Virus record (IMG/VR): IMGVR_UViG_3300020044_006097
Location: 1-52,088 of that record
Direction: 5' to 3' (one strand)
Length of the DNA stretch: 52,088 nt
Origin: a virus
Lineage: Duplodnaviria > Caudoviricetes
Position numbers and translations under genes: made by a program. The first letter of the stretch is position 1, and each line of letters starts with the position of its first letter. The notes beneath the pieces were generated by a model, which saw nothing but the letters and a program-made list of their open reading frames with translations, was not told the DNA's origin and searched no databases. Of the stretch, positions 10,649-20,904 are shown piece by piece.

Positions 10649-11197
10649 TTACTTCTTAGTGGTTGGTTTAGAACCACCAAATTGGATTAAACTTGATGCG
10701 TAAGCCCCTAGTGTCTCCATACCTGTAGATATAGCGGCATTGCGCCATATCTCACCAGATGATGGTACACGTTGTGTCTGCCCTAGTTGAGCCTTCCGAG
10801 AGGACACCAAACTGCGTAAACGCTGTGACATGTTGAACTGCTCTACTTCTAGGCTCTGGGATACCTCTGCTTGTACTGTACTTACTTCCCGATCCATATC
10901 CATAGACACGGCATCTACACTAGCACCCTTTACGCCACCAGCAGCCGCCACTGTTTCAGCAGATGACTTAGCTACCTGCCCAGCCTGAGTCGCATTCTTA
11001 TACGCATCCGCAGCTTGTATGCGTAAGGTAGTCTGCCCAGCTAACAGCCCGGAAATCTCTAAAGCGGTCTCCTGGGTTGTCCGTAAGTTGTTTAAGCGAA
11101 TGTTGGCGTTCTGTGCCTTGATATCCTGCTGCTGAGCTTTACCCGCCTGATACTTCTGTGCTAGGCCTAGGCCTGCACCTACTAATAAACCTAGCAT
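10649..11197 (-). CDS. internal virion protein A
   Basis: 182 aa, Gly/Ala/Gln-rich, AAAGGVKGASVD motif typical of gp14-like proteins. Confidence 0.8.
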   Translation of the reverse strand: MLGLLVGAGLGLAQKYQAGKAQQQDIKAQNANIRLNNLRTTQETALEISGLLAGQTTLRIQAADAYKNATQAGQVAKSSAETVAAAGGVKGASVDAVSMDMDREVSTVQAEVSQSLEVEQFNMSQRLRSLVSSRKAQLGQTQRVPSSGEIWRNAAISTGMETLGAYASSLIQFGGSKPTTKK

Positions 11198-13539
11198 TAA
11201 GCCCTCCTAGATTTTAGCTTGAGCCTAAAACCGTATTCAATGGATGTTACATTAAAGTCATAATAATCACTTGTCCATAATTGCAGGTTAGTGTCCTTCG
11301 CCTCAGTACGGGCAGGAATATGCACAGTACCAGATACCGCTAAGGGTACATCACCTAAGGTCTGCAAGGCGGAGTGCGGTACGATGGGTGCATCAAACAC
11401 ACCAGAATCGTAAACCCGATCAGAGACACGTACTTTAAGTTCCCCGGTATTCACTACCTGTAATATAAAGCGCACGACGGGGATATGTTCACTTGCTAAG
11501 AAGTTGTCACTACGATCCCGTACTATAGGGGCTGTAGGTGAGAACAAAGACTCGAATTTTAACCCAAGTACGAACTGTTCCCCGTTAGCTCCTGATGTAC
11601 GGAATGCTGTACCGACAACAGCAGGTACCTCCCCTAAACCTGCACCTACCCCAGTGAGTTTAAATGCATGTACCTCGGCGTCTAAGAACGCTGAAGAAGA
11701 TGTAGTAACCCCAGCAAGTTGCCCGGCACCACCTGTGACGGTGGCTGTGACAGCATAATCTAGATAGTGCTTAGGTACTGCACCTCTAGCTAAACTTATC
11801 TTACACAAGAGGGTACTACTAAAGTACTGGCTGAGGGTGTACAAGGTATCCTCCAAGATGTATGCAAACACCACATCATGTTGGAAAGTCCACTTATGCC
11901 AAGAGCTATGCACCTTCTCGGTACTATCCCAAAGGTATTGGTGTATGTACAGGTGTTTAGCACTGCTACCATCAGTCGTGTCCTTAGCACCAAATACTAC
12001 TGTATCAGCGGTATTAGATGCAGATACGTATGATAGTTCCCCTTTTACCAGCGTAGGTATATGACTAGTTACTGAAGTTGCGCGTAAGGTTGCCTCAGAA
12101 TTCTCAGGGGGTAATGCCTCAACAAACCCAACATGACCAGATACGGGGTTTGTAGGGAGCATTAAACTTCGCCCTAGGGGTATCGCATCAAACTTACTAC
12201 GAATACCATAATTGGCCACAAGATAAAGTGCAGCATTACTGGGGGTGATCGCTACATCACCAGGCACTTGTACTTGATGCGTGTCCGCTAGAATGAGTAA
12301 GTTACCATCAAATACAGCGCCTGATTGGTAAGGTGCGGAGTACGCCGTAGTTAGTGCTACTTCAATAGGATCAGAATCAAGCACTGCTGTAACGGTGGAG
12401 CGGAACCATGCCGCCGGATCGTTCGTCGCAGACATACAAACGTACTGATCTGACAGCAGCACAAGCCGCCCCTGAAATGAAGTAACACCAGTTATAAGCC
12501 TGCTGCAAGCAAGTACAGGATTACTCACATCATCACCCGCTGCACGGGTATATGAGTTCAGTACATCAATTGACAGATAAGGTGCTGCGGCTCTGATAGT
12601 CAACCCAATGTGCTTTATATATGCACGCTTGTCAGGCTGAGCATCCTCTAGCCATGCTCGGGTACTCGCGTTATAGCGGTAATGCAAAGCGGATACATCA
12701 CTACCTACACGTACTGTATAACCGTCTGCTGCGGAAGGTAATCTTGCAGGTAGCACATTCGCGGTCTTTACTGTACTTCTGTTAGACGTCTGCAAATACA
12801 CAGTGCTTGTGTCTGATAGCACCTCAAAGGGATCACCGGATGATTTTATAAATATATATGCCCCGTCCCGGAATACTTGATAAATCCCACCGCCCGGCAA
12901 CGCTGCTACAAGAGCGGTTACTAAATCCTCCGCTATACTGTCCGGTGTACTATCCACTACGTGTGCACTAGAGGTGCCATTAGGTGTCTGGATGGATGCT
13001 GTGTAAACCACACCAGTGGTAATATTTCGTACCTTAACCGTAAAGTCCTGGCTGTACGCACCAGATGCTACATAACAGTAACCGCTCTTATTTGAGTCTA
13101 TGGGTAGCGGTCCCGTGAACTGAATAGTAGGTTGGATGTTATTACAAACCAGTACAGCAGTGTCACTAACCGTGGTAGCTGAAAACTGAGAAAACGAGTT
13201 TACACCCGCCAAGTATGTAGCCGCCTCTGTGGATATGAGGGTGCTGTACTGTGCACCTGTACGCGGTGTAAATGCGCGTATAATGAAGTCTGTGCCAGGT
13301 GCAGATCGATCTATACATAATAACACATCCTCCCCACCAATACGGGTCACCAACCACTGAATGTTAGGTGAGGGTGTGCCTATCGAGCGTACAAAGTCAA
13401 TACCACCTCTACGACACACACCCCGTACAAGGTCGCTAACCATATTCGTCTGTGCATTAACCTGGCCAGGTAGGCGGCTCTGTGGTAATTGCTGACTTAT
13501 ACCGGATAGTAAACTAGGGTAACTAGTCTTGTAATACAT
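11197..13539 (-). CDS. tail tubular protein B (nozzle)
   Basis: SLLSGISQQ N-terminus, FQGRLVLLS and SWHKWTF motifs of the T7 gp12 family. Confidence 0.92.
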   Translation of the reverse strand: MYYKTSYPSLLSGISQQLPQSRLPGQVNAQTNMVSDLVRGVCRRGGIDFVRSIGTPSPNIQWLVTRIGGEDVLLCIDRSAPGTDFIIRAFTPRTGAQYSTLISTEAATYLAGVNSFSQFSATTVSDTAVLVCNNIQPTIQFTGPLPIDSNKSGYCYVASGAYSQDFTVKVRNITTGVVYTASIQTPNGTSSAHVVDSTPDSIAEDLVTALVAALPGGGIYQVFRDGAYIFIKSSGDPFEVLSDTSTVYLQTSNRSTVKTANVLPARLPSAADGYTVRVGSDVSALHYRYNASTRAWLEDAQPDKRAYIKHIGLTIRAAAPYLSIDVLNSYTRAAGDDVSNPVLACSRLITGVTSFQGRLVLLSDQYVCMSATNDPAAWFRSTVTAVLDSDPIEVALTTAYSAPYQSGAVFDGNLLILADTHQVQVPGDVAITPSNAALYLVANYGIRSKFDAIPLGRSLMLPTNPVSGHVGFVEALPPENSEATLRATSVTSHIPTLVKGELSYVSASNTADTVVFGAKDTTDGSSAKHLYIHQYLWDSTEKVHSSWHKWTFQHDVVFAYILEDTLYTLSQYFSSTLLCKISLARGAVPKHYLDYAVTATVTGGAGQLAGVTTSSSAFLDAEVHAFKLTGVGAGLGEVPAVVGTAFRTSGANGEQFVLGLKFESLFSPTAPIVRDRSDNFLASEHIPVVRFILQVVNTGELKVRVSDRVYDSGVFDAPIVPHSALQTLGDVPLAVSGTVHIPARTEAKDTNLQLWTSDYYDFNVTSIEYGFRLKLKSRRA

Positions 13540-13540
13540 A

Positions 13541-14095
13541 TTAAGCCCTCAGATTAGCGCGCCATTTAGCAACGGTCTTACGCCTGTAAGAGTTAAAATT
13601 CTGTGATCGGGTATGCGCTGCGCTCAGTTGTTGGATGTACCCAGCGTAACGTTCCAGTAAGGTTGCTGCGCTTTGGTCTGCACCGCTATCACTAACATAG
13701 ACCTGATAAGCCGTGAGGTATGCAATAGCATAACGTGCGGTACTTGGGCAGTTCTCAAAGGCCATAGAGGTTACTAGTTTACCCTTGACAGGTGTGTTCA
13801 CTAGTGCGTCACCAGTATCCTTATAAACAAATCGGGTACCCTCAAAGGTAATGCTCTCGTCCTCAGGATAGAAGGCTATAGTAGCCTCAGGTACAACAGT
13901 ATCACCTGATACACTAGGTTGTAAAGTAACAGCATAACGGGTGTTGAACCACCAACCTTCCGTGAGCACTTCATGGGTGGCCTCTTCTAGCGCAGGTATA
14001 ATTATATCTAGTGTAGGGTACTGTATATCTAGGGATGCTACAGGGTTCTCCCCTATACTACGTAGTACAAGATTAACTGCATCAGTCTTGTTCAA
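13541..14095 (-). CDS. tail tubular protein A (start re-called at TTG 14095)
   Basis: DAVNLVLRSIGENPV and GWWFN motifs of the T7 gp11 family. A GGAGA RBS precedes the in-frame TTG at 14095; the ORF-track start lies in the terminator U-tract. Confidence 0.88.
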   Translation of the reverse strand: MNKTDAVNLVLRSIGENPVASLDIQYPTLDIIIPALEEATHEVLTEGWWFNTRYAVTLQPSVSGDTVVPEATIAFYPEDESITFEGTRFVYKDTGDALVNTPVKGKLVTSMAFENCPSTARYAIAYLTAYQVYVSDSGADQSAATLLERYAGYIQQLSAAHTRSQNFNSYRRKTVAKWRANLRA

Positions 14096-14117
14096 GTTAT
14101 TTCTCCGAATAGAACTC

Positions 14118-14149
14118 AAAAAAAACCCACCACCTAAAAGGCAGTGGGT
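14118..14149 (-). terminator. intrinsic terminator after the major capsid gene (T-phi equivalent)
   Basis: Minus strand ACCCACTGCC-TTTTA-GGTGGTGGGT hairpin followed by a T run. Confidence 0.9.
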
Positions 14150-14177
14150 CAGTTGTATTAAGAGACTTAACTCTTAA

Positions 14178-15164
14178 TTAGGAGACGGTTACGTCTACCA
14201 CGGCTACAGAGTCAGGACGACGCTGGCCGATGTTATAAGCTTGGTAAGTTTGGAGGTACCAAGCGAAGTCTTTCTTTTCCTCCCAGTAATCTGCGGTGAT
14301 GCCAGCAACTTGTGCGACAACCAGCGACATGCTAGGTAGGATAGTGATCATACGACGACGTGCTTCAGCAGCAGTCACAGTAAATGCCTCACCAAGGGGG
14401 TGGCTAGCGATTGCAGTAGTAGGCACGCGAGGGGTGCTGGTAATACGCACACCATTGAGCATACCGATCTTAGCTTTCGCGAAGTCATTACCTACTTGTT
14501 GGTACTCTACGTTAAGCAGTTTCTTGTGCTCGAGCAGTACGCTGAAGATCACAGGGTCAACGAAGGTTACACCCTCAGAGTACAGTTGGTCACCCAGGTC
14601 ACGCAACTCCAAAGCCTCAAGAGACTTACGATGTGCAGCTACCAAAGCAGCAGCGTTCGCTTCACCATCTGCTACAGCAGAAGTGATAGTTACTGGTACC
14701 AAGATACCAGGGAAGAACGCACCTTCCAAGCCAGTAGGTACCTGGAAGTCAGCGCACTTCGCAGCTTGAATCAAGCAAGCCTGGTCAAAGGTCTTAGCCA
14801 ACTCAATACCGTGCAGGCGACCGTGCTCACGGCGTACATCCAAATTACTTACCCACTCATCGAACTGATCAAAGGCATGGCGGATGTAGATAGTGGTGTC
14901 CACTGACATATTCCACTTATCTTGACGCACCTTACTCAAGTTCAAGTCTTCGCCAGCCTTACGACCAGATACGTTAGCCTTGCCGAGACGATCCAAACGC
15001 AGTTGGTTAGTACCACGCAAGGTGCGGATATCCGCTAAGGAAGCAAACTTGGAAGTGTACATGAAGCTGGTATCAACTAAGCCCAAATGCTCTTCAATGT
15101 GTAAATCCAACAGGTTATCAGAACCACCCCAGTCAGGACGGGTTAAATCAGCGATAGCTACCAT
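14178..15164 (-). CDS. major capsid protein
   Basis: 328 aa; LHIEEHLGLVD, FDQACLIQ and IGQRRPD motifs of phiKMV-like capsid proteins; followed by a terminator. Confidence 0.93.
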   Translation of the reverse strand: MVAIADLTRPDWGGSDNLLDLHIEEHLGLVDTSFMYTSKFASLADIRTLRGTNQLRLDRLGKANVSGRKAGEDLNLSKVRQDKWNMSVDTTIYIRHAFDQFDEWVSNLDVRREHGRLHGIELAKTFDQACLIQAAKCADFQVPTGLEGAFFPGILVPVTITSAVADGEANAAALVAAHRKSLEALELRDLGDQLYSEGVTFVDPVIFSVLLEHKKLLNVEYQQVGNDFAKAKIGMLNGVRITSTPRVPTTAIASHPLGEAFTVTAAEARRRMITILPSMSLVVAQVAGITADYWEEKKDFAWYLQTYQAYNIGQRRPDSVAVVDVTVS

Positions 15165-15176
15165 AATAATTCCTAA

Positions 15177-15977
15177 TTAGTTAATACCATTTTGTGCACC
15201 AAGTAATCTTAACTTACGCGCATTCTGATACTCAGTATCAGTTATACGTGGGTTATTGATAATCTTGGTGTACTCTGCGCGGGTTAAACCCCGCTCGTAC
15301 GTGTTACCGCCTAAAGGTGGTGCAACGTGTTTAGTTGTAACACCGCCCTTGTTCGCAGCGTCAAGCACTTGCTGTACTGCATGATCGATACTAGCTTGAT
15401 TGCCGCTAGCTATCAACGTCTTCATAGCCTCCTTCTCACCAGCAGTAGCTGACTTGTTGAAGTACGCTACTGCCGCTTTCCAGTTAGCCTCGCCACCAGC
15501 TTTTGCGTAAGCATCTTGTACCACTTTAGCAGCGGCGGTACTCTGGTGATCGATCACACCCTTGAGCATACGTATAACGTTATCTGCTTCAGCCTTATCC
15601 TTGATAGTGTCACGGATATAGGCTTCATCAACAAACGTAGAGTTATTCTGCTCTAGAGAATGCCCAACCGCTCTTTGAAGGTCCAAGGCATTCTTCTGTG
15701 CTACTGTATCCACATATGTGACTACCACCCCGATGTTTGTATCTACCGGGTTTACGCCTAAGTCTTGTAGGGATGCAACCTTACTAGCAGGGGCCGGTTG
15801 CGCTACTGGTACAGGGATAGCATCAGGTACCACAGCAGGGGCTGGTGTTGTAACAAGGGCTTCGGGTTTAGGGGGTACCTGTGCAGGGGCAATAATCATG
15901 GGGTTTGGTTTAGGTGCTTCAGACGCAGGCGCTGGGGCTACAGGTGGTACAGCGGTACTAATTACAGTCTCGGTCAT
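15177..15977 (-). CDS. capsid scaffolding protein
   Basis: Pro/Ala-rich N-terminus, AGGEANW motif, lies between portal and capsid genes. Confidence 0.88.
   Translation of the reverse strand: MTETVISTAVPPVAPAPASEAPKPNPMIIAPAQVPPKPEALVTTPAPAVVPDAIPVPVAQPAPASKVASLQDLGVNPVDTNIGVVVTYVDTVAQKNALDLQRAVGHSLEQNNSTFVDEAYIRDTIKDKAEADNVIRMLKGVIDHQSTAAAKVVQDAYAKAGGEANWKAAVAYFNKSATAGEKEAMKTLIASGNQASIDHAVQQVLDAANKGGVTTKHVAPPLGGNTYERGLTRAEYTKIINNPRITDTEYQNARKLRLLGAQNGIN
15709..15723 (-). promoter_or_regulatory. putative phage RNAP promoter upstream of the capsid gene
   Basis: AGTCACATATGTGGA within the scaffold gene. Confidence 0.75.
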
Positions 15978-15987
15978 GATAAAATCC

Positions 15988-17511
15988 TTACATTTGTTGT
16001 AGGTTAGGGTCGGCTATACTTTGTGTAAGACTAGCCTGCATATCAGCTTGCGCTGTTTTCGTTGCTGCCTCTTTACGTAGAACGTCCTCAGATTTGAATA
16101 AGCCAGTTACATCTACGGAGCGGTTACGGTAGAACAGGTCCATAAGCTTTTGAGGATCAATACGTGTATCCAGTTGCAGCAGGGCTGGGACTACTACCGC
16201 TGCCTCCTGGGTAGCCGCTACTAGGTTCTGTACCTCTACATTGCGGTTAAGGGCAGGAATACCGGTGATGATTTGCGGGTAGAAGGTTTTACTGATCAAC
16301 CCGGTCTGGGTATCGGGGCTAACCTCGTACATCATCAGGTAAGCTAAAGGGGTCTGTAACGTCTCGGCTAGTACAGAGTAAGCACCGCCAAGCATGTTCT
16401 CAGCTTCTTTAGCCTGTGCCCGTATCTCTTCGGCAGTTACCCGCTCGGCATCGCGGGTGTTACCAGAGTACATGAAGGCAATGGATAATCTAGAGGTAAC
16501 CTCTGCAAGCCCACCACGTACCGAGTCCATCTTCTGGTAGCTACCGGTCTCATAGGCTGTGATAGCATTAGGCTTACCTGGTACGTAATCCCCCACCTCA
16601 GCATCCTTGATATCATCTATCACAGCGCCAGAAGCTTCATCTACTAGGTTGAGTACCTGCAAGGCATCTAATTCATAAAGACCTAGCTGCTCACTGAGGA
16701 TGGATAACTTACTGAAATCACCGGCGTACTCTTCCACCATACCACGAGCGTACTGCTCACCATCAGCAAGGCTCCATACCGGTAGTATCCAAGGACTTAG
16801 ATGCTCCGGGTATTGTGCCTTATCCCCAATGGACTTACCATCTAGCTGGGAAGTAACTACCACGACCTTACCCGCAGGTTTATCCAACTTCTCAATCTTA
16901 GTGAACAGGTATATATCCTGGGTCAGTTTAAACCCCGGATTCTTAGAGATAAACCGCTGTGCTTCCTCTAGCCCTATATCCTGCAACTGCATCTTCTGCT
17001 TCAGAATAATACAGTTCCAATCCCCATAAGCGTTGCGGTGTACTGCAAAGTTATGCATTGACCATACCCGGAATTTACGGGTATCACGATCACGGTAGAT
17101 TAGGGCTTGCCCGGTTGTTAGTAGCAGCTTGATGGTACGTGTAAGCTTAGCAAAACTTCCACCCACGAACAGGTTCTTTGTAGCTTCTTGCTCTAACAAG
17201 GATAAGCGGCTAGCCAGGGTGCTTTCAGGTACCCCTTGAGCGCTAGCAGCGGCTTTTAGCTCATCCGTAATAGCGTTCTTAAAGAATGGTTGATTACTAG
17301 GAAACAACAAGCTCGTAAGCTTAGCAGCTAGATTATTAAGTAACAGGCTGCCTACGCTTTGAAAATCCCGTTGTACCTTGGATTGTTTAGAGCCACCGTT
17401 CTCCAATGCATTAACCATTAGAGCGGGGTCTGTGTACGTTGCAAAATGCTCAGCACGACTAACCGCTACTTCATCCCGGTAACGGTTCCATAGGGATTGA
17501 TGAGTGCTCAT
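15988..17511 (-). CDS. portal (head-tail connector)
   Basis: FQSVGSLLLNNLAAKL and RDAERVTAEEIR motifs of the T7 gp8 family. Confidence 0.95.
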   Translation of the reverse strand: MSTHQSLWNRYRDEVAVSRAEHFATYTDPALMVNALENGGSKQSKVQRDFQSVGSLLLNNLAAKLTSLLFPSNQPFFKNAITDELKAAASAQGVPESTLASRLSLLEQEATKNLFVGGSFAKLTRTIKLLLTTGQALIYRDRDTRKFRVWSMHNFAVHRNAYGDWNCIILKQKMQLQDIGLEEAQRFISKNPGFKLTQDIYLFTKIEKLDKPAGKVVVVTSQLDGKSIGDKAQYPEHLSPWILPVWSLADGEQYARGMVEEYAGDFSKLSILSEQLGLYELDALQVLNLVDEASGAVIDDIKDAEVGDYVPGKPNAITAYETGSYQKMDSVRGGLAEVTSRLSIAFMYSGNTRDAERVTAEEIRAQAKEAENMLGGAYSVLAETLQTPLAYLMMYEVSPDTQTGLISKTFYPQIITGIPALNRNVEVQNLVAATQEAAVVVPALLQLDTRIDPQKLMDLFYRNRSVDVTGLFKSEDVLRKEAATKTAQADMQASLTQSIADPNLQQM

Positions 17512-17981
17512 TACATGATCCCTAAGTTGTTAGCCCAGTTAGCCCCACCTTGCGGGGTACCTAGTCCTAATGCAGTAACTACTGGACTGCCGTTAGGTCT
17601 TTGTATTTGACGCTTACCCTTAGTAGCTTTTGCGGTACCTCCTGCAATAATCTCAGGTATGTTCTGCATACTTAGATCAAGCGTTGCCGTAGCTACTCGC
17701 TCTTGTTGTCGAATAGGTTCCTCTTGTTGCCAAGTTGCCCAAGCATTTGTAAGATCACCGCCGGTTACCCCTGCGAATTCTTTTAGGAACTCTGTACGCT
17801 TGTTGGCATCCTGTAACAGTGGGCGGATGCTCGTCCAATCAGGGTTATCTTCTCCGTTACTACGTACAGCATAGCTTCCTTGGTATTTCGTACCTGTAAT
17901 ACCTAGCTCCTTAGCGAGGGCTTGTTCCTCCTTGGTTAGATCGAACCAACCAATATACTTAGCCATCTGCAATACCTCCAA
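17511..17981 (-). CDS. hypothetical protein, possible virion assembly protein (gp7.3-like position)
   Basis: Directly upstream of the portal gene; basic, Gly-rich C-terminus. Confidence 0.55.
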   Translation of the reverse strand: MEVLQMAKYIGWFDLTKEEQALAKELGITGTKYQGSYAVRSNGEDNPDWTSIRPLLQDANKRTEFLKEFAGVTGGDLTNAWATWQQEEPIRQQERVATATLDLSMQNIPEIIAGGTAKATKGKRQIQRPNGSPVVTALGLGTPQGGANWANNLGIM

Positions 17982-18165
17982 TGGTTATAGGGTTAATGTT
18001 TTGTTGGTGAGTACCTTCTGTGTTCTGCTCAATGTACCTAAGTACATGCGCAATACCTGCTTGGTACTGCACCTCCTGCATAGTACATGTAGGAGATATA
18101 ATATGCTTAGGGAATACCTCTTGTAGTTTACGTAGTTGTTTAGTATGAAACTTAACTGTACTCAT
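17959..18165 (-). CDS. small conserved hypothetical protein, first late gene
   Basis: 68 aa, directly after RNAP as in phiKMV-like genomes. Confidence 0.65.
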   Translation of the reverse strand: MSTVKFHTKQLRKLQEVFPKHIISPTCTMQEVQYQAGIAHVLRYIEQNTEGTHQQNINPITIGGIADG

Positions 18166-18172
18166 AGTATAC

Positions 18173-20695
18173 TCAGCTAAAGAAGAATGGACTATCTAAT
18201 ATATCAGTAAGTATTAGAGTACCTATAGATATATTATTAGTATCTAATGTATTACTAATATATATACTAGTATTATTACTCTCTGCTTCTGCTCTCCCCA
18301 TCCACATATGTGACTTACAAGAATTGAATATCAGATTAGGGTCTTTGTACAAGTCGATGAACTGCTCTTTTGTACATGCTAAGAGGGTATCTACATCCGC
18401 AGCATGTGTCCCAAATGAGTCATGTATTGTTACGATACTCAACCCTTTAGCAGTACAAGCGTTGACTGTTTTAACTAGGTGGGAAGCATCTAGGCTATGC
18501 ACAAAGTTGGGTGCAATGCCATTACTCATCTTACCGGGATGTAGGTTATCGGTTTGCTTGTAACATACAGCGTACACAATACCGCAAGACCTGATCTTAA
18601 CACGGGTCTGTTCCACCTTGTAGTATTGCTGCTGTACAGTGAACCCGGTAGGGGTAACCCAACCTAACTTACCATCCTTGGTAGCGGCCTTAGCCAAGCC
18701 TTGTAGGTACTTCATAGCGGCGGCAGCGGCTGGTACAACCTCTGCGATAGCCTTGAACATCAGCTTAGCCATGAAGTTCGCCATACCGAACAGGGATACA
18801 CCAGGTTGATACCAGCCAATATCAATCAGGTAATCTTCCACATCCTGGGTCACCCCATTGATTGTAGCTGAATATACGTAAGTCATCACAGGCTTCTTGG
18901 CAAGCGCTCTAGTCACTTTTAGCTCCTGCCATATACTAGCGTATACCCCAGGCAGTCCTTCTTCCCCAGATCGCTCCCTAACGCGTTCATTGAGGATATC
19001 TGCTAACCTCTGGTATATATCCTCACGCTTACCGGTGTTTATTAAGTTGACGTACCGGCCACCAACTGGGTCGCGAAGCATGGCTGAGAAGTGCTGTAAC
19101 CCACTACAAGTCGCATCCATATGCACGACCATACCGGACTGGAAGGTTTCCGGGTTACCACTACGAAAAGCTTTATCAATCTCTAAAACTGCTGCGAGTG
19201 CAGACATCGGTGCATCTGCGTTACGGAAGATATCGCTATCCTCTGGTGATTCAGAGTCCCGCAATAGCGCATCCCAGCATTGATCTACGTAAGCTACACG
19301 CTCGTTGAATGTAACCTTATCATAACCTAAGGAGTTCGCTAAGTGCACCTTTAGCCAAAACAAACCGCGTTTACCCAGTGGTTTCTTATCGTGGAATTGT
19401 AGCACAGCCCGTTCAAAGTCAGCACCTTGCGGGTTAGGTGTACCTCGGTAGTAAATACGCCCACGCCAATCCATGAACACAGGGCACCATACAGGCTTAC
19501 CGTCTAGCTCTTTCGCACGGTGTATAAGGCGGGATACCGCCAACACCTTAGACTTATTCTTACTGACTGCTGTATGGTGCATTGCGGTTGCGCGCTTCCA
19601 TGTGTGGAATACTGCCAGTTCCTCTTCGCTTGCTGAAGCTTTATCAAACGGCTCAGGTAATGGGAATGCTGGGGGACTTCCTAACGTTATGCTAGGGATA
19701 CCTAACACACCGCCACCATTACCCCACACCCGAGCTACCACTGCTACGATATCCGAGCTAAGCGTAAACGCTGTACCCTGTAAAGTATTACAGGCGCTGT
19801 ACACCATAGGCATCTTTTCCTGGGTGTACGCTTTATCAGCCCCAGCCTTGTACTGCTGCCTATTGAGGGCTATCAGCGGACACATCATCTGGCGTCGTTT
19901 GGAGTAGTAACCGCCATCCGTTAGGTTTGTCCAGGGTTTCGGAGGGGCCAGCATAGTCAGGGTGCTTGAGTCGGTAATCTTCAGGATATCAGAATCCTTG
20001 ACTTTTAAGAACTCAGCTACTTCCGGTACCAAGTGGTAGGACACCATCTTACCCCGAGAGCCAATCCCATGCTGTATCGTAAGCAAGCCAATATCCAACG
20101 CTATTTGCAGTAAGAGTTTACCAATGTGCATCAACTCATTATCTTCTAGCTGACGAGCGGATTCTAACTGGAGTACGTTTGTTACAATAGCATCTGTGGT
20201 GCGCTGGATATGATTCTCTGCAACAGTATTAGCTTTCTTGAGACTGCTATAAGCGCGATCAACATACACCGGATTAACTACAGTTGCGTCCGCTAATAAA
20301 GCTTCCCGTTCCACATCCCTACCAAGCGCAATAGCTAGGCGCTGAAACGTCATAGTCTCATGACTAAAACCGTCCGCTAGTAAACCCGCCTTCAGCGCCC
20401 TACGTAGTAGCAGTACCGTAAGTACATCCGCCTTAACACGTACTAACCACTTAGCCCAAGTGTTACGCCGGAACTTAGGTGCCGCTGCTGAGCCGTCCCT
20501 TGGCTCTAGGGCTTCCTGTAAAGCTTGAACGCTTGTACAAGCATCCGTGAATAACCGCCCGATGAGCACCTTTGCCCGAGGTAATCCATCCAGATTACCA
20601 CTAGCGGCGGCATCTGCGTACTGCTGGAATACCTTTGCTGCGGCTGCTTCATCGGCTGTAACCTCACGCTGTACTTGCTCATCGAAACTGATCAT
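18173..20695 (-). CDS. single-subunit DNA-directed RNA polymerase
   Basis: DWRGRIY, motif A DATCSGLQH, motif B RALAKKPVMTYVY, PNFVHSLDA, motif C IHDSFGTH, C-terminal FFFS. Confidence 0.97.
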   Translation of the reverse strand: MISFDEQVQREVTADEAAAAKVFQQYADAAASGNLDGLPRAKVLIGRLFTDACTSVQALQEALEPRDGSAAAPKFRRNTWAKWLVRVKADVLTVLLLRRALKAGLLADGFSHETMTFQRLAIALGRDVEREALLADATVVNPVYVDRAYSSLKKANTVAENHIQRTTDAIVTNVLQLESARQLEDNELMHIGKLLLQIALDIGLLTIQHGIGSRGKMVSYHLVPEVAEFLKVKDSDILKITDSSTLTMLAPPKPWTNLTDGGYYSKRRQMMCPLIALNRQQYKAGADKAYTQEKMPMVYSACNTLQGTAFTLSSDIVAVVARVWGNGGGVLGIPSITLGSPPAFPLPEPFDKASASEEELAVFHTWKRATAMHHTAVSKNKSKVLAVSRLIHRAKELDGKPVWCPVFMDWRGRIYYRGTPNPQGADFERAVLQFHDKKPLGKRGLFWLKVHLANSLGYDKVTFNERVAYVDQCWDALLRDSESPEDSDIFRNADAPMSALAAVLEIDKAFRSGNPETFQSGMVVHMDATCSGLQHFSAMLRDPVGGRYVNLINTGKREDIYQRLADILNERVRERSGEEGLPGVYASIWQELKVTRALAKKPVMTYVYSATINGVTQDVEDYLIDIGWYQPGVSLFGMANFMAKLMFKAIAEVVPAAAAAMKYLQGLAKAATKDGKLGWVTPTGFTVQQQYYKVEQTRVKIRSCGIVYAVCYKQTDNLHPGKMSNGIAPNFVHSLDASHLVKTVNACTAKGLSIVTIHDSFGTHAADVDTLLACTKEQFIDLYKDPNLIFNSCKSHMWMGRAEAESNNTSIYISNTLDTNNISIGTLILTDILDSPFFFS
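18301..18315 (-). promoter_or_regulatory. putative phage RNAP promoter for the late operon, inside the RNAP 3' end
   Basis: AGTCACATATGTGGA followed by a purine run and an AT-rich tract. Confidence 0.75.
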
Positions 20696-20703
20696 TGCTA
20701 CCC

Positions 20704-20904
20704 CTAAGCAGTTAAACTATCACGGAAACGCAGTATATCAAACGATAATTCACCGCACTGCTCTGGTGTAATCTTACCGTCTTCATAGGCTGTAGCAAGA
20801 CGGTTTGCTACAGCATCTAGCTCATCACTATTACCCGTATCGATTATGGCTTGAATATCGTTACTCAAGTTCCAATATTCAGAGTTGTCACTCACTAGTT
20901 GCAT
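20704..20904 (-). CDS. hypothetical protein (start re-called at 20904)
   Basis: In-frame ATG at 20904 after AAGGTG; fills the gap between neighbouring genes. Confidence 0.6.
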   Translation of the reverse strand: MQLVSDNSEYWNLSNDIQAIIDTGNSDELDAVANRLATAYEDGKITPEQCGELSFDILRFRDSLTA

